A DNA stretch of 63,961 nucleotides, the filler included, from Reclinomonas americana ATCC 50394 (Eukaryota), in NCBI GenBank assembly GCA_048213135.1. It is 6 parts of 4 records of this genome, joined end to end, with 100 filler letters (N's around TTAATTAATTAA, not from the genome) between each part and the next. Parts side by side here need not be neighbours in the genome. Positions count along the whole stretch, not along the records: positions 1 to 14,471 come from PS015129.1; positions 14,572 to 39,620 come from PS015131.1; 4 more parts are not named here. One strand, 5' to 3'. The position numbers were made by a program, and so were the translations under genes. Below the pieces are notes generated by a model. It was not told the DNA's origin and made no database searches. It was given only the letters and a program-made list of their open reading frames with translations. Below are positions 12,306-24,411 of this stretch, piece after piece; within the stretch, counting starts at the first letter, position 1; every line of letters starts with the position of its first letter.

Positions 12306-14381
12306 CTCCTGCAAGTGGCGCCAGTGGAGGCGCACTCGCTCAATGCCCAGATCCGAAACCGGGCAGTACGCCGCCGACACACGGCGCAGATTCACCAGCG
12401 TGCGCAGCTGGTGCCAGCCAAGGTCACCGATTGCCGTGCGATCCAGCGTCAGATCGGTCAATTTCACAAAACGGCTCAACGAGGCACACGCGTCGTTGGT
12501 GAGCGTGCAGTCGTGCACATTGAGAGTCTCCAGTTCCACGAGCCCTATTTGTAACAGTCAGCACGCAACGGGGATAAAAGAAGAAGGGGAGGACGCAACC
12601 GGCGAGGGCGGCCAGGCCAACGTGCGTCAACTTGGTGGAGCCGGCATCCAGGTGGCGCAGTTTGCGCAGTCCGGCGAGGGCGGTAGAGAGGCCGCGATCG
12701 GTCAGCTTGAAACAAAACCCGACGCTGAGCCACTCCAAGGATGTCAAAACTGCGTGTTGAGACACCGAGTTAGCAAGCGCACCACAGTGTATCCAGATAG
12801 CCGAGTGGCGAACACACGCAACATTGCAGCGCCGCAATGGCCGCATCGTTCAGCTGCGAGCACTGCTCGAGGTCCAGCTTCACAAGGTCCTCACAGCCTG
12901 AGTGAGAGGGACACGATGAGGCAAGGCGACGTGTCTGTGCAAACCCCCTCTCCTCTCCCTCAATGCACACCTCGCAGACCCATGAGACCGTCGGTATCAA
13001 AAGAGGTGCAGCCCTTCAGCGACAGGGACTGCAGATGCGTGTGCGCTGCGAGCAATGCCAGCAAGAGAGGAAGCACAAACAGCCGTGTCAGCCGCGCGCT
13101 CCGCCACCACCACCGCCACCAACACGTGAAAGCAGGCACGCACCTCCAATCGCACACAATCCCTCGTTCGAGATGTCGGAGCAAAAATCGAGACGCAAGT
13201 GCCTCAGGTGCTTGGAGATGCACGACAGATCCGAGCCCTTGTGCACGCAACACAGCCGTCAACACGCGTAAACTTCATCACCCGCTCACATCCACGCACA
13301 TACCTGCACTTTGACGCAGCCAAGGAGCGACACGGTCTCCAACTCGGGCAAACCGTACAGATACGCGACACCACTGCACAGAAGCTGTGTCAACGCTAAG
13401 CACACAGTACCGGCCCGAATCAATCACACGCAACGAGTCCTCGAGAGCGTCGCAGTTGACAAACGACAGATTGGTGAGGTACGGGAAGTGAGCCACCAAC
13501 TGCCGCACATACTCGGCGTCGGTCTCCTCCGATCGCACATTCAACGAGGGTATACTGCACAGACGCGTGAGTGTGCTGGAATGGCGGCCACAAAAACCAC
13601 CACAACCGCCACGCAACTACAGGCCGTCGAATGCCGGCAACACCTGACGCGACAGCTTGCGCTTCTCACTCAACACGCGCAGCATCTCCGACACCACATG
13701 CGGTGGCAAGGTCGACACCTGCGCGCGATCCAGCAGCGCAAAGTGCTGCAGGAGCCACACAATACACAGATGCGCCAGTGTCTGTGCGCGCGAGGGGCGA
13801 GAGGGAAAAGAGTGTGAGAAAACGCGCCGCCTGTCCGAATCGCGGGATAACTCAACAACAACAGCGAGGAAAGGGGAGAGAGAGAGAGAGAACAGGGGCA
13901 CGCGGGAGAGACAGTTGCGCGTGTGTGTGCGCCACCACCGCCTCATGTCGCACACGGATATGGCGATCATTGTTCTCACCTGACCACCCTCATGCCCCCT
14001 CACAGACTCCTCATACAACTCCTCCGCCGCGGTCAACGTGTTGCGACGCTCGACCGCACACGAGTCGCCTCCACACGACGCACCTCCGTCCACCTCACTG
14101 CTCACATCGTCGGCCCACAGCACCGACGATGCCACAGAAGATGACGATGAAGAAGACGACGACGAGGATGAGGCCGGCGACAGAGGCAACATGAGCAGCA
14201 GTGAAGGCGAGGGCGCGTCTCGCAGAATGTCCACTGAGAACGAGTGCTGCATGGAGCCATCGCCACCGGGAGTGCTCGAGGCGCGACGGCGGTTGCCTCC
14301 AAGGCGGGAACCCGATGAGGACGACGAGGAAGAGGAACGGCCGTTACGGCGTCCACGAAGGCACCCACACAGTGCGCCCAT
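12306..14381 (-). CDS. RNI-like/AMN1-type LRR protein with N-terminal acylation motif and BC/Cul2-box-like segment; 3' end in the gap
   Basis: MGALCGCL start; TLAHLCIVWL...LPPHVVSEML; Cys-containing LRRs (LTNLSFVNC, LETVSLLGC, LQSLSLKGC, LVKLDLEQC, LEWLSVGFCFKLTDRGL, LETLNVHDCTLTN). Confidence 0.85.
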
Positions 14382-14515
14382 CCTGTGACAAAAAAACGGA
14401 GCAAGCGACGGAGCTGGCAGAGGGAGAAGTAGGTGGTGGCGCGCGGATGCCCGTTCGTTAATATGCGATGGNNNNNNNNNNNNNNNNNNNNNNNNNNNNN
14501 NNNNNNNNNNNNNNN

Positions 14516-14527
14516 TTAATTAATTAA
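14516..14527. other. Artificial scaffold linker TTAATTAATTAA between N runs (also at 39665-39676, 47406-47417, 56798-56809, 62816-62827)
   Basis: An identical palindromic 12-mer with stop codons in all six frames, always flanked by similar N runs. Confidence 0.95.
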
Positions 14528-15804
14528 NNNNNNNNNNNNNNNNNNNNNNNNNNNNNNNNNNNNNNNNNNNNTGTCAGAGAGAGAGAGAGAGAAGAAAGTT
14601 AGACTGACCATGCTTCTTTGCTGGCTGCTTGGGCCGAGCCGACGCACAGCACCAGCAAGAGTAGTGACGCGAGAAGCGTGACAGCAGTGGCGCGAGGCGA
14701 CATGGAGGAGGGAGAGGGAGAGCCGAAAGTCCGCGACGAATATTCATTTGTGGGTCAGTGTCGAGTGATTTCAATGTCGAGGTCCGAAAACACGACTGCA
14801 GAGTGGCGCGCGCCCCTGGTTAGAGAGATGTGTTGCGTGGGGCACTGAGGGTGCCAGGAGGGATGCTGAGTGCAACTCAAGCACCTGCGGTTTTCCAAAT
14901 GCGTACATTTCTGCCGGCATATCAACATCCGCAGAGCTGAGAGTGCCACGCTGGCCATGGCAGGTTGAAGCCAAAGACTGGTGTGAGGCCGCCTCACATG
15001 TGGAATTCGCACTGGCGACCTATTGCAAGTCTCAGGCGCAATATTGCCGACAGCTTTGCAGACTTCGACGATCGTGAGACCGTCAACAAGCTTTCGTGGC
15101 CAGGTGAACCGGTAGGCAGATGCTTACACACCCCCACTCCGACTGTGGTCCACAAACAAGGACGTGCTGCCTGCAAGCAAGTCGCAGTTGAAAAAAAGTC
15201 GTACTCCGAAATACCGGCAGCATCTTACAAAACCACGATGCGATCTTCGCGAGAGTGCTTTCGCAGCTCGAGCGAGATGAGAAGGACCAAGCTGCCAACG
15301 TTGGGTTCGCTAATAAAACTTGCATCGCCCTCGCGCGATACAGCTGCAACTTCGAATGTACACCTCACGGTACGCGAAAATGAGCAGTCCGATGTTGATT
15401 GCCTTTGCCACTCTGCTTTGCATGGCCACCTCCACTCAAGCGAGGATCAGCTGCAGCATTCTCTCTCTTTCCATGATCAACACCTACAACGCACAGGGCG
15501 ACCAAAAAGTCGAACAACAACTGGTATTCTCATGTATGCGATCGATCTCCGCACACAGCCGCTGCCACAGGTGCACGTCGCCACCCCGCCAGCCACACAG
15601 CAAACAACTCCATTGCCCCTTGGTTTGACCATCGACGGAGGTGCAATTGACGATGCCGTCGAGGGTCGGACTTGACCATACCAAAATGAGGTGGGCCAGC
15701 ACAGTGTTTTAGTGGTTTTGTGGGAGACGTCGTAGATTGGACACTTGCACACACACCCTACACCCACACCTACACCTACACCCTACATCACACACATCCT
15801 ACAC

Positions 15805-17289
15805 ATGGAGGCCATCGCAGTCCTGTCGACGGTGGCGGCGGTCGCGCGCACCTCGTCCCATCACGACACATCATCATCTTCCAACTCCAGCACTGGCGGT
15901 GTTCCAGTGTCCGCAGTACGCCTCTCACCCGATGCCACACTCGTGGCTGTGGCGCTCACCGACGGCACTGCCTTGGTGATGCCAGTCAGTGGCGCCAGCA
16001 GCGAGGCAAGCATTGTGTTGCCGACCCCGAGTATGATCATGTCCTCGGCGGCGGCACAACGTGCAGAGCTCTCTGTCGGTGAGTGCCTCCACTCCCACCC
16101 TCTCTCTGCGTCTCCCTTATCTCTGCCGCTCACACACACACNNNNNNNNNNNNNNNNNNNNNNNNNNNNNNNNNNNNNNNNNNNNNNNNNNNNNNNNNNN
16201 NNNNNNNNNNNNNNNNNNNNNNNNNNNNNNNNNNNNNNNNNNNNNNNNNNNNNNNNNNNNNNNNNNNNNNNNNNNNNNNNNNNNNNNNNNNNNNNNNNNN
16301 NNNNNNNNNNNNNNNNNNNNNNNNNNNNNNNNNNNNNNNNNNNNNNNNNNNNNNNNNNNNNNNNNNNNNNNNNNNNNNNNNNNNNNNNNNNNNNNNNNNN
16401 NNNNNNNNNNNNNNNNNNNNNNNNNNNNNNNNNNNNNNNNNNNNNNNNNNNNNNNNNNNNNNNNNNNNNNNNNNNNNNNCGCGCGCACCCCATCTTCTTC
16501 TTCTTGGTCTCGAATGTTTCGACTCATCTCCCCTCTTCCTTCCTCCACAGCCGGCAGCTGCTTGCATACCACCATGAACAACACGGCGGCCGTGTGCACT
16601 GTCGATGTCGTCAACAACGTCATCGCCACGGGCTCACGCGACCGCTCGGTTCGCGTGTATTCACTGACCGCCGATCTCGCACTTGCCTCGTCCTCGTCGT
16701 TGACGACTGGCGAGTCGTCGTCGTCGTCCTCGGTGGCGGCTGACGCTTCTGCATCGACCGCACCGGCGGCGGCGGCAGCGGTGGTTGTGCCGCCCGAGTT
16801 GCGGGTGCTGAGTGGCACGGAGAAGCTGGCCTGCGTGTTGCTGAGATGGTCGCGCTCCAACGCGTTGCCCGGCACTGGCGCACGCGGTAACATTGACGTG
16901 CGCCTGGCACACCGCCGCGGCCCCAACGCACACGTGGACATTCTCGGCCCGCACCGCGCCCCCGTCATTCCGCTCGGCGACGACCAGTTTGGCTGCGTGG
17001 TCGAGGCCCTGGAGGAGGGCGTGCACGAGTTCCGCTTGGAGGCGGTGAGTCGCACGTGCCACTATCTCACTACTTGTGGCTCCCTTTCCTGACGTGCGTT
17101 CCGTTGCAGCGCTCGGCTGAGGTGTCGGCAGATCCGGTGGCCGCCGGCGGCCACTTGTCGTGGGCTCACGGTCCGTGGACCGCATTCCAGAGCGCTGGCA
17201 TTCCCGCGTGCCGCGTTTCACTCGCGCGCATCGACGCATTTACGGCGGTGCTGGAGTGGGATCCTTCTGTTTTCCAGCTGCTGTCCAAG
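15805..17289 (+). CDS. WD40-repeat protein, partial
   Basis: VSAVRLSPDATLVAVALTDGTALV and AAVCTVDVVNNVIATGSRDRSVRVYSL WD blades; GT-AG introns starting at 16079 and 17045. Confidence 0.75.
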
Positions 17290-18266
17290 GTTGGTGGCAC
17301 CAACACAACACGTGTCGCTTGTTTGTTTTGTTTTCGGCAGCATCCCCGCCACTTGTGGCGCGCGGAGTGTTTGCTTCACGTCATGCATCCCCCCATTTGC
17401 AGGTCGCACGGAAGAATGGTGGCACGCTGTGTCATGTGCCACAGTTTTCGTATCGTTTTTTATTTGTTNNNNNNNNNNNNNNNNNNNNNNNNNNNNNNNN
17501 NNNNNNNNNNNNNNNNNNNNNNNNNNNNNNNNNNNNNNNNNNNNNNNNNNNNNNNNNNNNNNNNNNNNNNNNNNNNNNNNNNNNNNNNNNNNNNNNNNNN
17601 NNNNNNNNNNNNNNNNNNNNNNNNNNNNNNNNNNNNNNNNNNNNNNNNNNNNNNNNNNNNNNNNNNNNNNNNNNNNNNNNNNNNNNNNNNNNNNNNNNNN
17701 NNNNNNNNNNNNNNNNNNNNNNNNNNNNNNNNNNNNNNNNNNNNNNNNNNNNNNNNNNNNNNNNNNNNNNNNNNNNNNNNNNNNNNNNNNNNNNNNNNNN
17801 NNNNNNNNNNNNNNNNNNNNNNNNNNNNNNNNNNNNNNNNNNNNNNNNNNNNNNNNNNNNNNNNNNNNNNNNNNNNNNNNNNNNNNNNNNNNNNNNNNNN
17901 NNNNNNNNNNNNNNNNNNNNNNNNNNNNNNNNNNNNNNNNNNNNNNNNNNNNNNNNNNNNNNNNNNNNNNNNNNNNNNNNNNNNNNNNNNNNNNNNNNNN
18001 NNNNNNNNNNNNNNNNNNNNNNNNNNNNNNNNNNNNNNNNNNNNNNNNNNNNNNNNNNNNNNNNNNNNNNNNNNNNNNNNNNNNNNNNNNNNNNNNNNNN
18101 NNNNNNNNNNNNNNNNNNNNNNNNNNNNNNNNNNNNNNNNNNNNNNNNNNNNNNNNNNNNNNNNNNNNNNNNNNNNNNNNNNNNNNNNNNNNNNNNNNNN
18201 NNNNNNNNNNNNNNNNNNNNNNNNNNNNNNCGATAATGGAGTGGGTGGGAAGCAGAAAAAACTCAC

Positions 18267-20174
18267 CTGCGCCACTCGGCGGCCTCGATCGTCGAGAATG
18301 TCGGCTGCGTTCGCTGGATTGTCGCGCGGTGTCAAGCGATTGAGGTTGTCGGCAATCTTCATCTCCAACTCGGTGTTTTGCCAGATGGCTCCATCGGTCA
18401 CCTCTGGCCACGACAGCGTCGGTTCCACAGCGTCGCTCGCTGCGTTCGACACACAAGTAGGGTGAGCAACTATCGTTAAAACTTGTTCTGTGTCTGTCAG
18501 TGGAGGCAGACGAAACCTGGAGCACTCGGTGGTGGCCGCTGTCGCAGCGATGGAGTGCCGACTGACGATCCGCGGCGTGCACTGAGCAGACCCATGCCAG
18601 TGTTGGCGACACCGGACTCCCACGACACCTGACCGGGAATGAGCGGCACCACGTGCATGGCGTTGCTCTTGCGTTTCCTGGCCACCACTGGCGGTATGAC
18701 TGGCAGGCGCTTCTTCTTCTTCTTCGGCACCGGTGCGGGCTCTGCGGGTTTCCGGCGCACCTTGGCCACAGTGCGCCTTGTCGGCATGCTCTTCTCCGCC
18801 CTCTCCTCCTCCTCTTGTGCCACCTCGCTTTCGTCATCCTCTTCCTCGTCTTCCTCCTCTTCGTCTTCTTCGTCATCATCATCGTCATCGTCGTCACTGT
18901 CATCCTGTTCGTACGCGGCCAGCAAGTCACGCGTCTTGTCGATCAGCACTCGGCCAAACAGGCCGCGCCACGTCAGGTTGACCACGTGGCTGGCCGAGTA
19001 CTTGTTCACAATGTAGCTGTGAGGGGCACGTCGGTGAGGTGAGCAACAACACCACACAAAATGAGATGGGGGTGAAGAGAGCGCAACTCTCGCAAAAACG
19101 TCTCGAGCATCTTGTCGTGCTCCAGACTGCGCAAGAACGCCAGCTGCTCCGGCGTCGGTGCCGTCCTCAGCTCGCCATTGCTGGACTGGCGCGACAATAC
19201 CTCCAGCGCCGACTGCAACCGCATGGCCTCCTCCGCCGACGCGTCGCCAATCACCTCCTGAATGCGATTCTCCCAGTATGCGTGGCGGCCGGGCGTGTGC
19301 AACAGCTTATCCCGCCGCATCTCCTGATACACCTCCAGCAGCGCACGAAGGCGCGCGGCATCCTTTTGCCACGCCTCCGCCAATTGTCGCAGATCCTCGT
19401 CCTCCAGCTCCACCACTGCCGACTGAATCGTCTGCAGGCGAGAGAACGACTCAAGCGCACTCTCCAAATACTCGACCGCGGTCGGCAGCACCGGAAGCAC
19501 CGGTTTCGTTTCGCACACACTCTGCACGTCATTGTCGACCGACTCTGCGCGCGCGCGAATGATTGAGAACCGCAGCAGACAAACCTCCTTCAGTGCTGTT
19601 CGAGAATAACAATACCATCGTGTACTCTCCGGATCCAATCATTCAACGAGGCGACTCCATCATCGCGACACTTGACACGCTCCAACGCGGCCTTCCTTCT
19701 CTCCGTGCGCCACTCCTTGTAGCACTCCTCGCTAAACGTATCCGAATCCAGCGACAAGTTGTCCTCCTCATCGTCCGCGCCTGCTGCTGCGTCCCGAGGT
19801 GCGCTATCCTCCTCCTCCAACAGTAGCAGGACAGAATCATCACTATCCGCAACCGGCGGCACCGTCGGTGTCGTTGATTGGTTCGGCTCGTCATTGATTG
19901 GCGGCGGTAACGGAATTGGCGAGAGGGTGACGACGGGTTGCGGCGACGCGTCGAGCACCACACTCAGATCGATCAACAACGCCGACGAAGATGGTGGCGG
20001 CGTGCTCGGCAACATCAGCAACAACGTCTCCTTCTTCTGTGCATCCTCGTTGTCTGCGAGGGTGTAGTCGACGACCGCCGCGAGTGGCTGACACGAATCC
20101 TCTTCTTCCTCCTCTTCGTCACTGAGCTGCCACGGTCTCACTTCGCCCACACTCGCATTGACTGCGAGATCCAT
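18267..20174 (-). CDS. Hypothetical protein with acidic tracts, a helical region and a PKKKKKR NLS-like motif; 3' end in the gap
   Basis: Long coding-like segments (MDLAVNASV..., EYLESALESFSRLQTIQSAVVELEDEDLRQLAEAWQKD..., VPKKKKKRLPVIPP) separated by short introns. Confidence 0.6.
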
Positions 20175-20807
20175 GTCTCTCTCGCTCGTGTGGGGGACAA
20201 TTGAATCTCAACGAAAAATTTAACCGAAAACGATAGCTGTAGACGGGTCTACAGTGGGAAGTGCGGGAAAGGTGAATCGAAGGGAAATCAAAGGCAAAGT
20301 ACCTACAACAGCAGCAGCTTAAAGAGTAGAAACAGAAATACAGCGGGACGATGATCATCAGCTTGAGAAACTCAGACATCACGGAAACAGTGAGACAAAC
20401 CAAAAATGTCAATTTTTGGCGCCGGCCAAGCAAACAAAGTAAAGCCGGGTCCGGATCCGTGGAGCAAGCAAGGAAGTGGAGGCGTCGCCATCGGCGGTGA
20501 GGTTGAACAAAAGAGAGCTTGTCGCGTTGTTGGTACCGGTGAGACTCATTTCTGCAGTCAGTTGTTTTGTTGCAGCAATGATTCGCGAATTCGAACGTGC
20601 AAGCTGCATCGCAATGCAGCGAACCATGGATTTGGTACACTTGCCTAGCTGCTCTGCTGTGGCTTCTTCTCCGTTTCGAGTGAGATTTCACAGAGTCTAC
20701 AGTCGGGTTTACAGTAAGAAATGTTGAGCGATCGTGCGCGTGGCAATCGCGGTTCGGGTCGCGCGAGTGCGAGTGCGCCAAGTGGGAATGCCAGTGCGGT
20801 GCAGCAG
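20175..20807. promoter_or_regulatory. Putative bidirectional promoter region
   Basis: AT-richer ~630 bp between divergent ATGs at 20174 (-) and 20808 (+). No specific element identified. Confidence 0.4.
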
Positions 20808-22044
20808 ATGGCGGTGGATTTTCAAAGTCGCGTGCGCCTGGGCAAGACGCATTTGAGTAATGTTGCGTGGCGCATGTCACACACGCACTCGCACGCGAAG
20901 AGGGGAAGGGAGAGAGCGAGGAAGGAGGGTGGGGAAGGAGGAGGAGAGTGTGTGAGAGAGAGAGGAGAGGAGGAGAAGGGGAGTGAGGAATATCTGCATG
21001 CATTCTCTCTCACACATGCACAGAGAGAGAGAGAGAGAGAGGAGGAGGAGGAGGAGAGTAGTGNNNNNNNNNNNNNNNNNNNNCTTCCCATCTCTCTTTT
21101 CTCTCTCTCTGTCTGTCTCTGTCTCTGTCTCTCACACACGAAGAGAGAGAGAGAGATAGCTACGAAGAGGTGATGGGCGCGACCTGCACTCATAACACAT
21201 CTTCTCCCGTTCACAATGCACGTGAGTTCATGCATGCAGCCATGCTCTCTTCTCCCACTCTCTGTCCACGTACACACGAAGAGAAAGGCGTGAAAAGGCA
21301 TGCAGCAGATTGACAATGCAAGTGTGATTTGCATGCAGTCAACGTTTCTCTCTTCTCTTCCTCTCTCCCCCTCTCCTCTCTCCCCCTTCGCTCACGTTCC
21401 CCTCTCCGTGTCCACACAGACGGAAACCATCTCCGCCGCCGACGCTCTCCGCTCCCACGGCATCGACAACTCGTTCACCATTGACAAGTTCGCCGAGAGC
21501 TTCCGCATCGAGTTCAACCCGCCGAGTGCCGACGCGGTGGCCTCCAGCGACGATCGCCGCCTCAACCTGGTCTTCGACATGATCAACATTGATGCGCCGC
21601 TGGCCAATGCGCTGCGGAGGGTGATGTTGGCGGAGGTGCCGACAATGGCGATTGAGCGAGTGGTGGTTGTTGATAACACGTCGATTGTCGCCGATGAGGT
21701 GCTGGCGCATCGGTTGGGTCTGGTGCCGCTGTTGGTGGATCCCCGGCAGTTTCAGTTTCCAAGGGAGGGGGCGTTGACGAGTTGCGGATGAGGAAGGGAA
21801 AGGGGAAGGGAGGGGGAGAAGGGAGAGGGAGGAGGAGGAGGACGAGGAGAGAGAGAGAGAGAGAGAGTGTGTGTGTGTGTGTGTGTGCGTGTGTGTGTGT
21901 TTCTTGTATTCTTCCATGGCATCCTCTTAGCGGGGCCTCCTCTTCTCGAATCATCACATGGCGTCTCGTTTGCTCTGCAGCATTTGCAAGCGTTTTGATT
22001 CGCCATCTCACTGGCACAAAAGCTGCACAGATCCTCTCCCAGAG

Positions 22045-22091
<47 letters not shown>

Positions 22092-24279
22092 AGAGAACGA
22101 GGAGAGAAGAAGAGNNNNNNNNNNNNNNNNNNNNNNNNNNNNNNNNNNNNNNNNNNNNNNNNNNNNNNNNNNNNNNNNNNNNNNNNNNNNNNNNNNNNNN
22201 NNNNNNNNNNNNNNNNNNNNNNNNNNNNNNNNNNNNNNNNNNNNNNNNNNNNNNNNNNNNNNNNNNNNNNNNNNNNNNNNNNNNNNNNNNNNNNNNNNNN
22301 NNNNNNNNNNNNNNNNNNNNNNNNNNNNNNNNNNNNNNNNNNNNNNNNNNNNNNNNNNNNNNNNNNNNNNNNNNNNNNNNNNNNNNNNNNNNNNNNNNNN
22401 NNNNNNNNNNNNNNNNNNNNNNNNNNNNNNNNNNNNNNNNNNNNNNNNNNNNNNNNNNNNNNNNNNNNNNNNNNNNNNNNNNNNNNNNNNNNNNNNNNNN
22501 NNNNNNNNNNNNNNNNNNNNNNNNNNNNNNNNNNNNNNNNNNNNNNNNNNNNNNNNNNNNNNNNNNNNNNNNNNNNNNNNNNNNNNNNNNNNNNNNNNNN
22601 NNNNNNNNNNNNNNNNNNNNNNNNNNNNNNNNNNNNNNNNNNNNNNNNNNNNNNNNNNNNNNNNNNNNNNNNNNNNNNNNNNNNNNNNNNNNNNNNNNNN
22701 NNNNNNNNNNNNNNNNNNNNNNNNNNNNNNNNNNNNNNNNNNNNNNNNNNNNNNNNNNNNNNNNNNNNNNNNNNNNNNNNNNNNNNNNNNNNNNNNNNNN
22801 NNNNNNNNNNNNNNNNNNNNNNNNNNNNNNNNNNNNNNNNNNNNNNNNNNNNNNNNNNNNNNNNNNNNNNNNNNNNNNNNNNNNNNNNNNNNNNNNNNNN
22901 NNNNNNNNNNNNNNNNNNNNNNNNNNNNNNNNNNNNNNNNNNNNNNNNNNNNNNNNNNNNNNNNNNNNNNNNNNNGAGAGAGAGAGAGAGAGAGGCTGTG
23001 TGCGTTTATTTGTGTGGCTCTGTGTGTGGGTGATTGTGCTGCTCTTGCACCGATGTGTCTGTGCGCTCACCAGAGAACAGAGGTGAAGTGTGCATGTTTG
23101 TGTTCCTGTGCTTGTCATGCTGTATTCTGTGGTCGCCGTAAAGAGAGATAGACGCTGTGTGTTTGTGTCAGTCGTGTCTGTGTTCTCGAGAGATTCTGCC
23201 CTTGCATGCGTTGCTGTGGTTCACCCTGCCCCTCTCCCCACAGTTTTCGCCAGTGGCCACCGTGAGCTATCGAATGCACCCCGAGATTCATGTGGCTCCC
23301 GATCTGGGACCAGCGTTGGCGGACCAGCTGGTGAAGATGTGCCCGACTGGCGTGTTCGAGATTGATGATTCAGGAGGTGCGTGATGTGAATGTGTGAGAG
23401 AGAGAGAGAGAAGAGGAAAGTGGAAGTGAGTGAGTGAGTGAGAGTGTGTGTTGTGGCCCTGAGATATCGTCTTCGTGAGTGCATCCTCGCGACCGTCTTC
23501 ACCCTCCACAGCGAAGGCAAATCCATCCGTGTGTGAGAGAGAGGGGAGAGTGAGCGAGAGAGTGAGGGCGATGAACAGCGTGTTATTCAATCTCCCTCCC
23601 TTGTTCACAGTCTCCCTTTCCCTCTCCACAGTCTCCCTTTCCCTCTCCAGAGTCTCCCTTTCCCTCTCTACAGTCTCCCTTCCCTCTCCATCGTCTCCCT
23701 TCCCTCTCCATCGTCTCCCTTTCCTCTCCACTGTCTCCCTTTCCTCTCCGCACTCTCCCTTCCCCTCTCTACCGTCTCCCTTCCCCTCTCTACCGTCTCC
23801 CTTCCCTCTCTCTCCACTGTCCCCCTTCCCTCTCCACCACCGTCTCCCTTCCCTCTCCACTGTCTCCCTTACCTCCCTTCCCCCTTTAGACACGGTGACA
23901 GCGGTCGCTGCGTACCCCCGCAACTGCACCTCGTGCCGCGAGTGCATTCGACACGACGGGTGGACATCGCGCGTGCAACTCAACAAGATCAAGACGCACT
24001 TCATTTGTTTCGTCCGCCCGCGCCATCTCATGTCTCCCTTGCCCCTGCACTCACATTGTCGTCGCAGTCTCTGTAGAAAGCACGGGCATGTTTACGGCGG
24101 CCGATGTGGTGCTGGAGGCCGTCAAGGTGCTGCGTCAAAAGTGTGTGACAGTGCTGGAGGCGCTCGACAAGTTTGTCGACGACCAGGAGCAGCGGGATGC
24201 GGTGGCGATGGATGCCGACGAGGCGGGTGATGACGATGACGACGATGACGATGATGATGAGGACGAGGACGACGAATAG
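20808..24279 (+). CDS. POLR1C: RNA polymerase I/III shared subunit RPAC1 (AC40); middle exons in the gap
   Basis: FDMINIDAPLANALRRVMLAEVPTMAIE...NTSIVADEVLAHRLGLVPL; FSPVATVSYRMHPEI; CPTGVFEI; PRNCTSCRECIR; HFIFSVESTG; TAG at 24277-24279. An alternative upstream in-frame ATG lies at 20721. Confidence 0.95.
23605..23885 (+). repeat. Intronic ~21-22 bp pyrimidine-rich minisatellite (TCTCCACAGTCTCCCTTTCCC-like)
   Basis: About a dozen degenerate tandem copies in an RPAC1 intron. Confidence 0.8.
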
Positions 24280-24411
24280 ACTGGAGGGGGTGACTGGAGA
24301 TTAAAACGCGCTCCGCTTGTTATTTAGGTAGCCACATAACAATTCCTCACCAGAGTGTGTTCATTCACAACAACAGCGCGCTGAGATTTCCTATCATAAT
24401 TTTTAACCATC

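Noticed and set aside
14516-14527. Recurrent TTAATTAATTAA palindrome as a biological element
   Set aside because: It is always embedded in N runs and is a six-frame-stop assembly spacer.
14965-15675. 236-aa single ORF
   Set aside because: It has no recognisable motif, a non-ATG start and a composition unlike the verified exons, so it cannot be supported as a gene.
3918-24279. Alternative genetic code or frameshifting to explain the broken ORFs
   Set aside because: The breaks I traced resolve as introns, and TAA, TAG and TGA each terminate genes normally.
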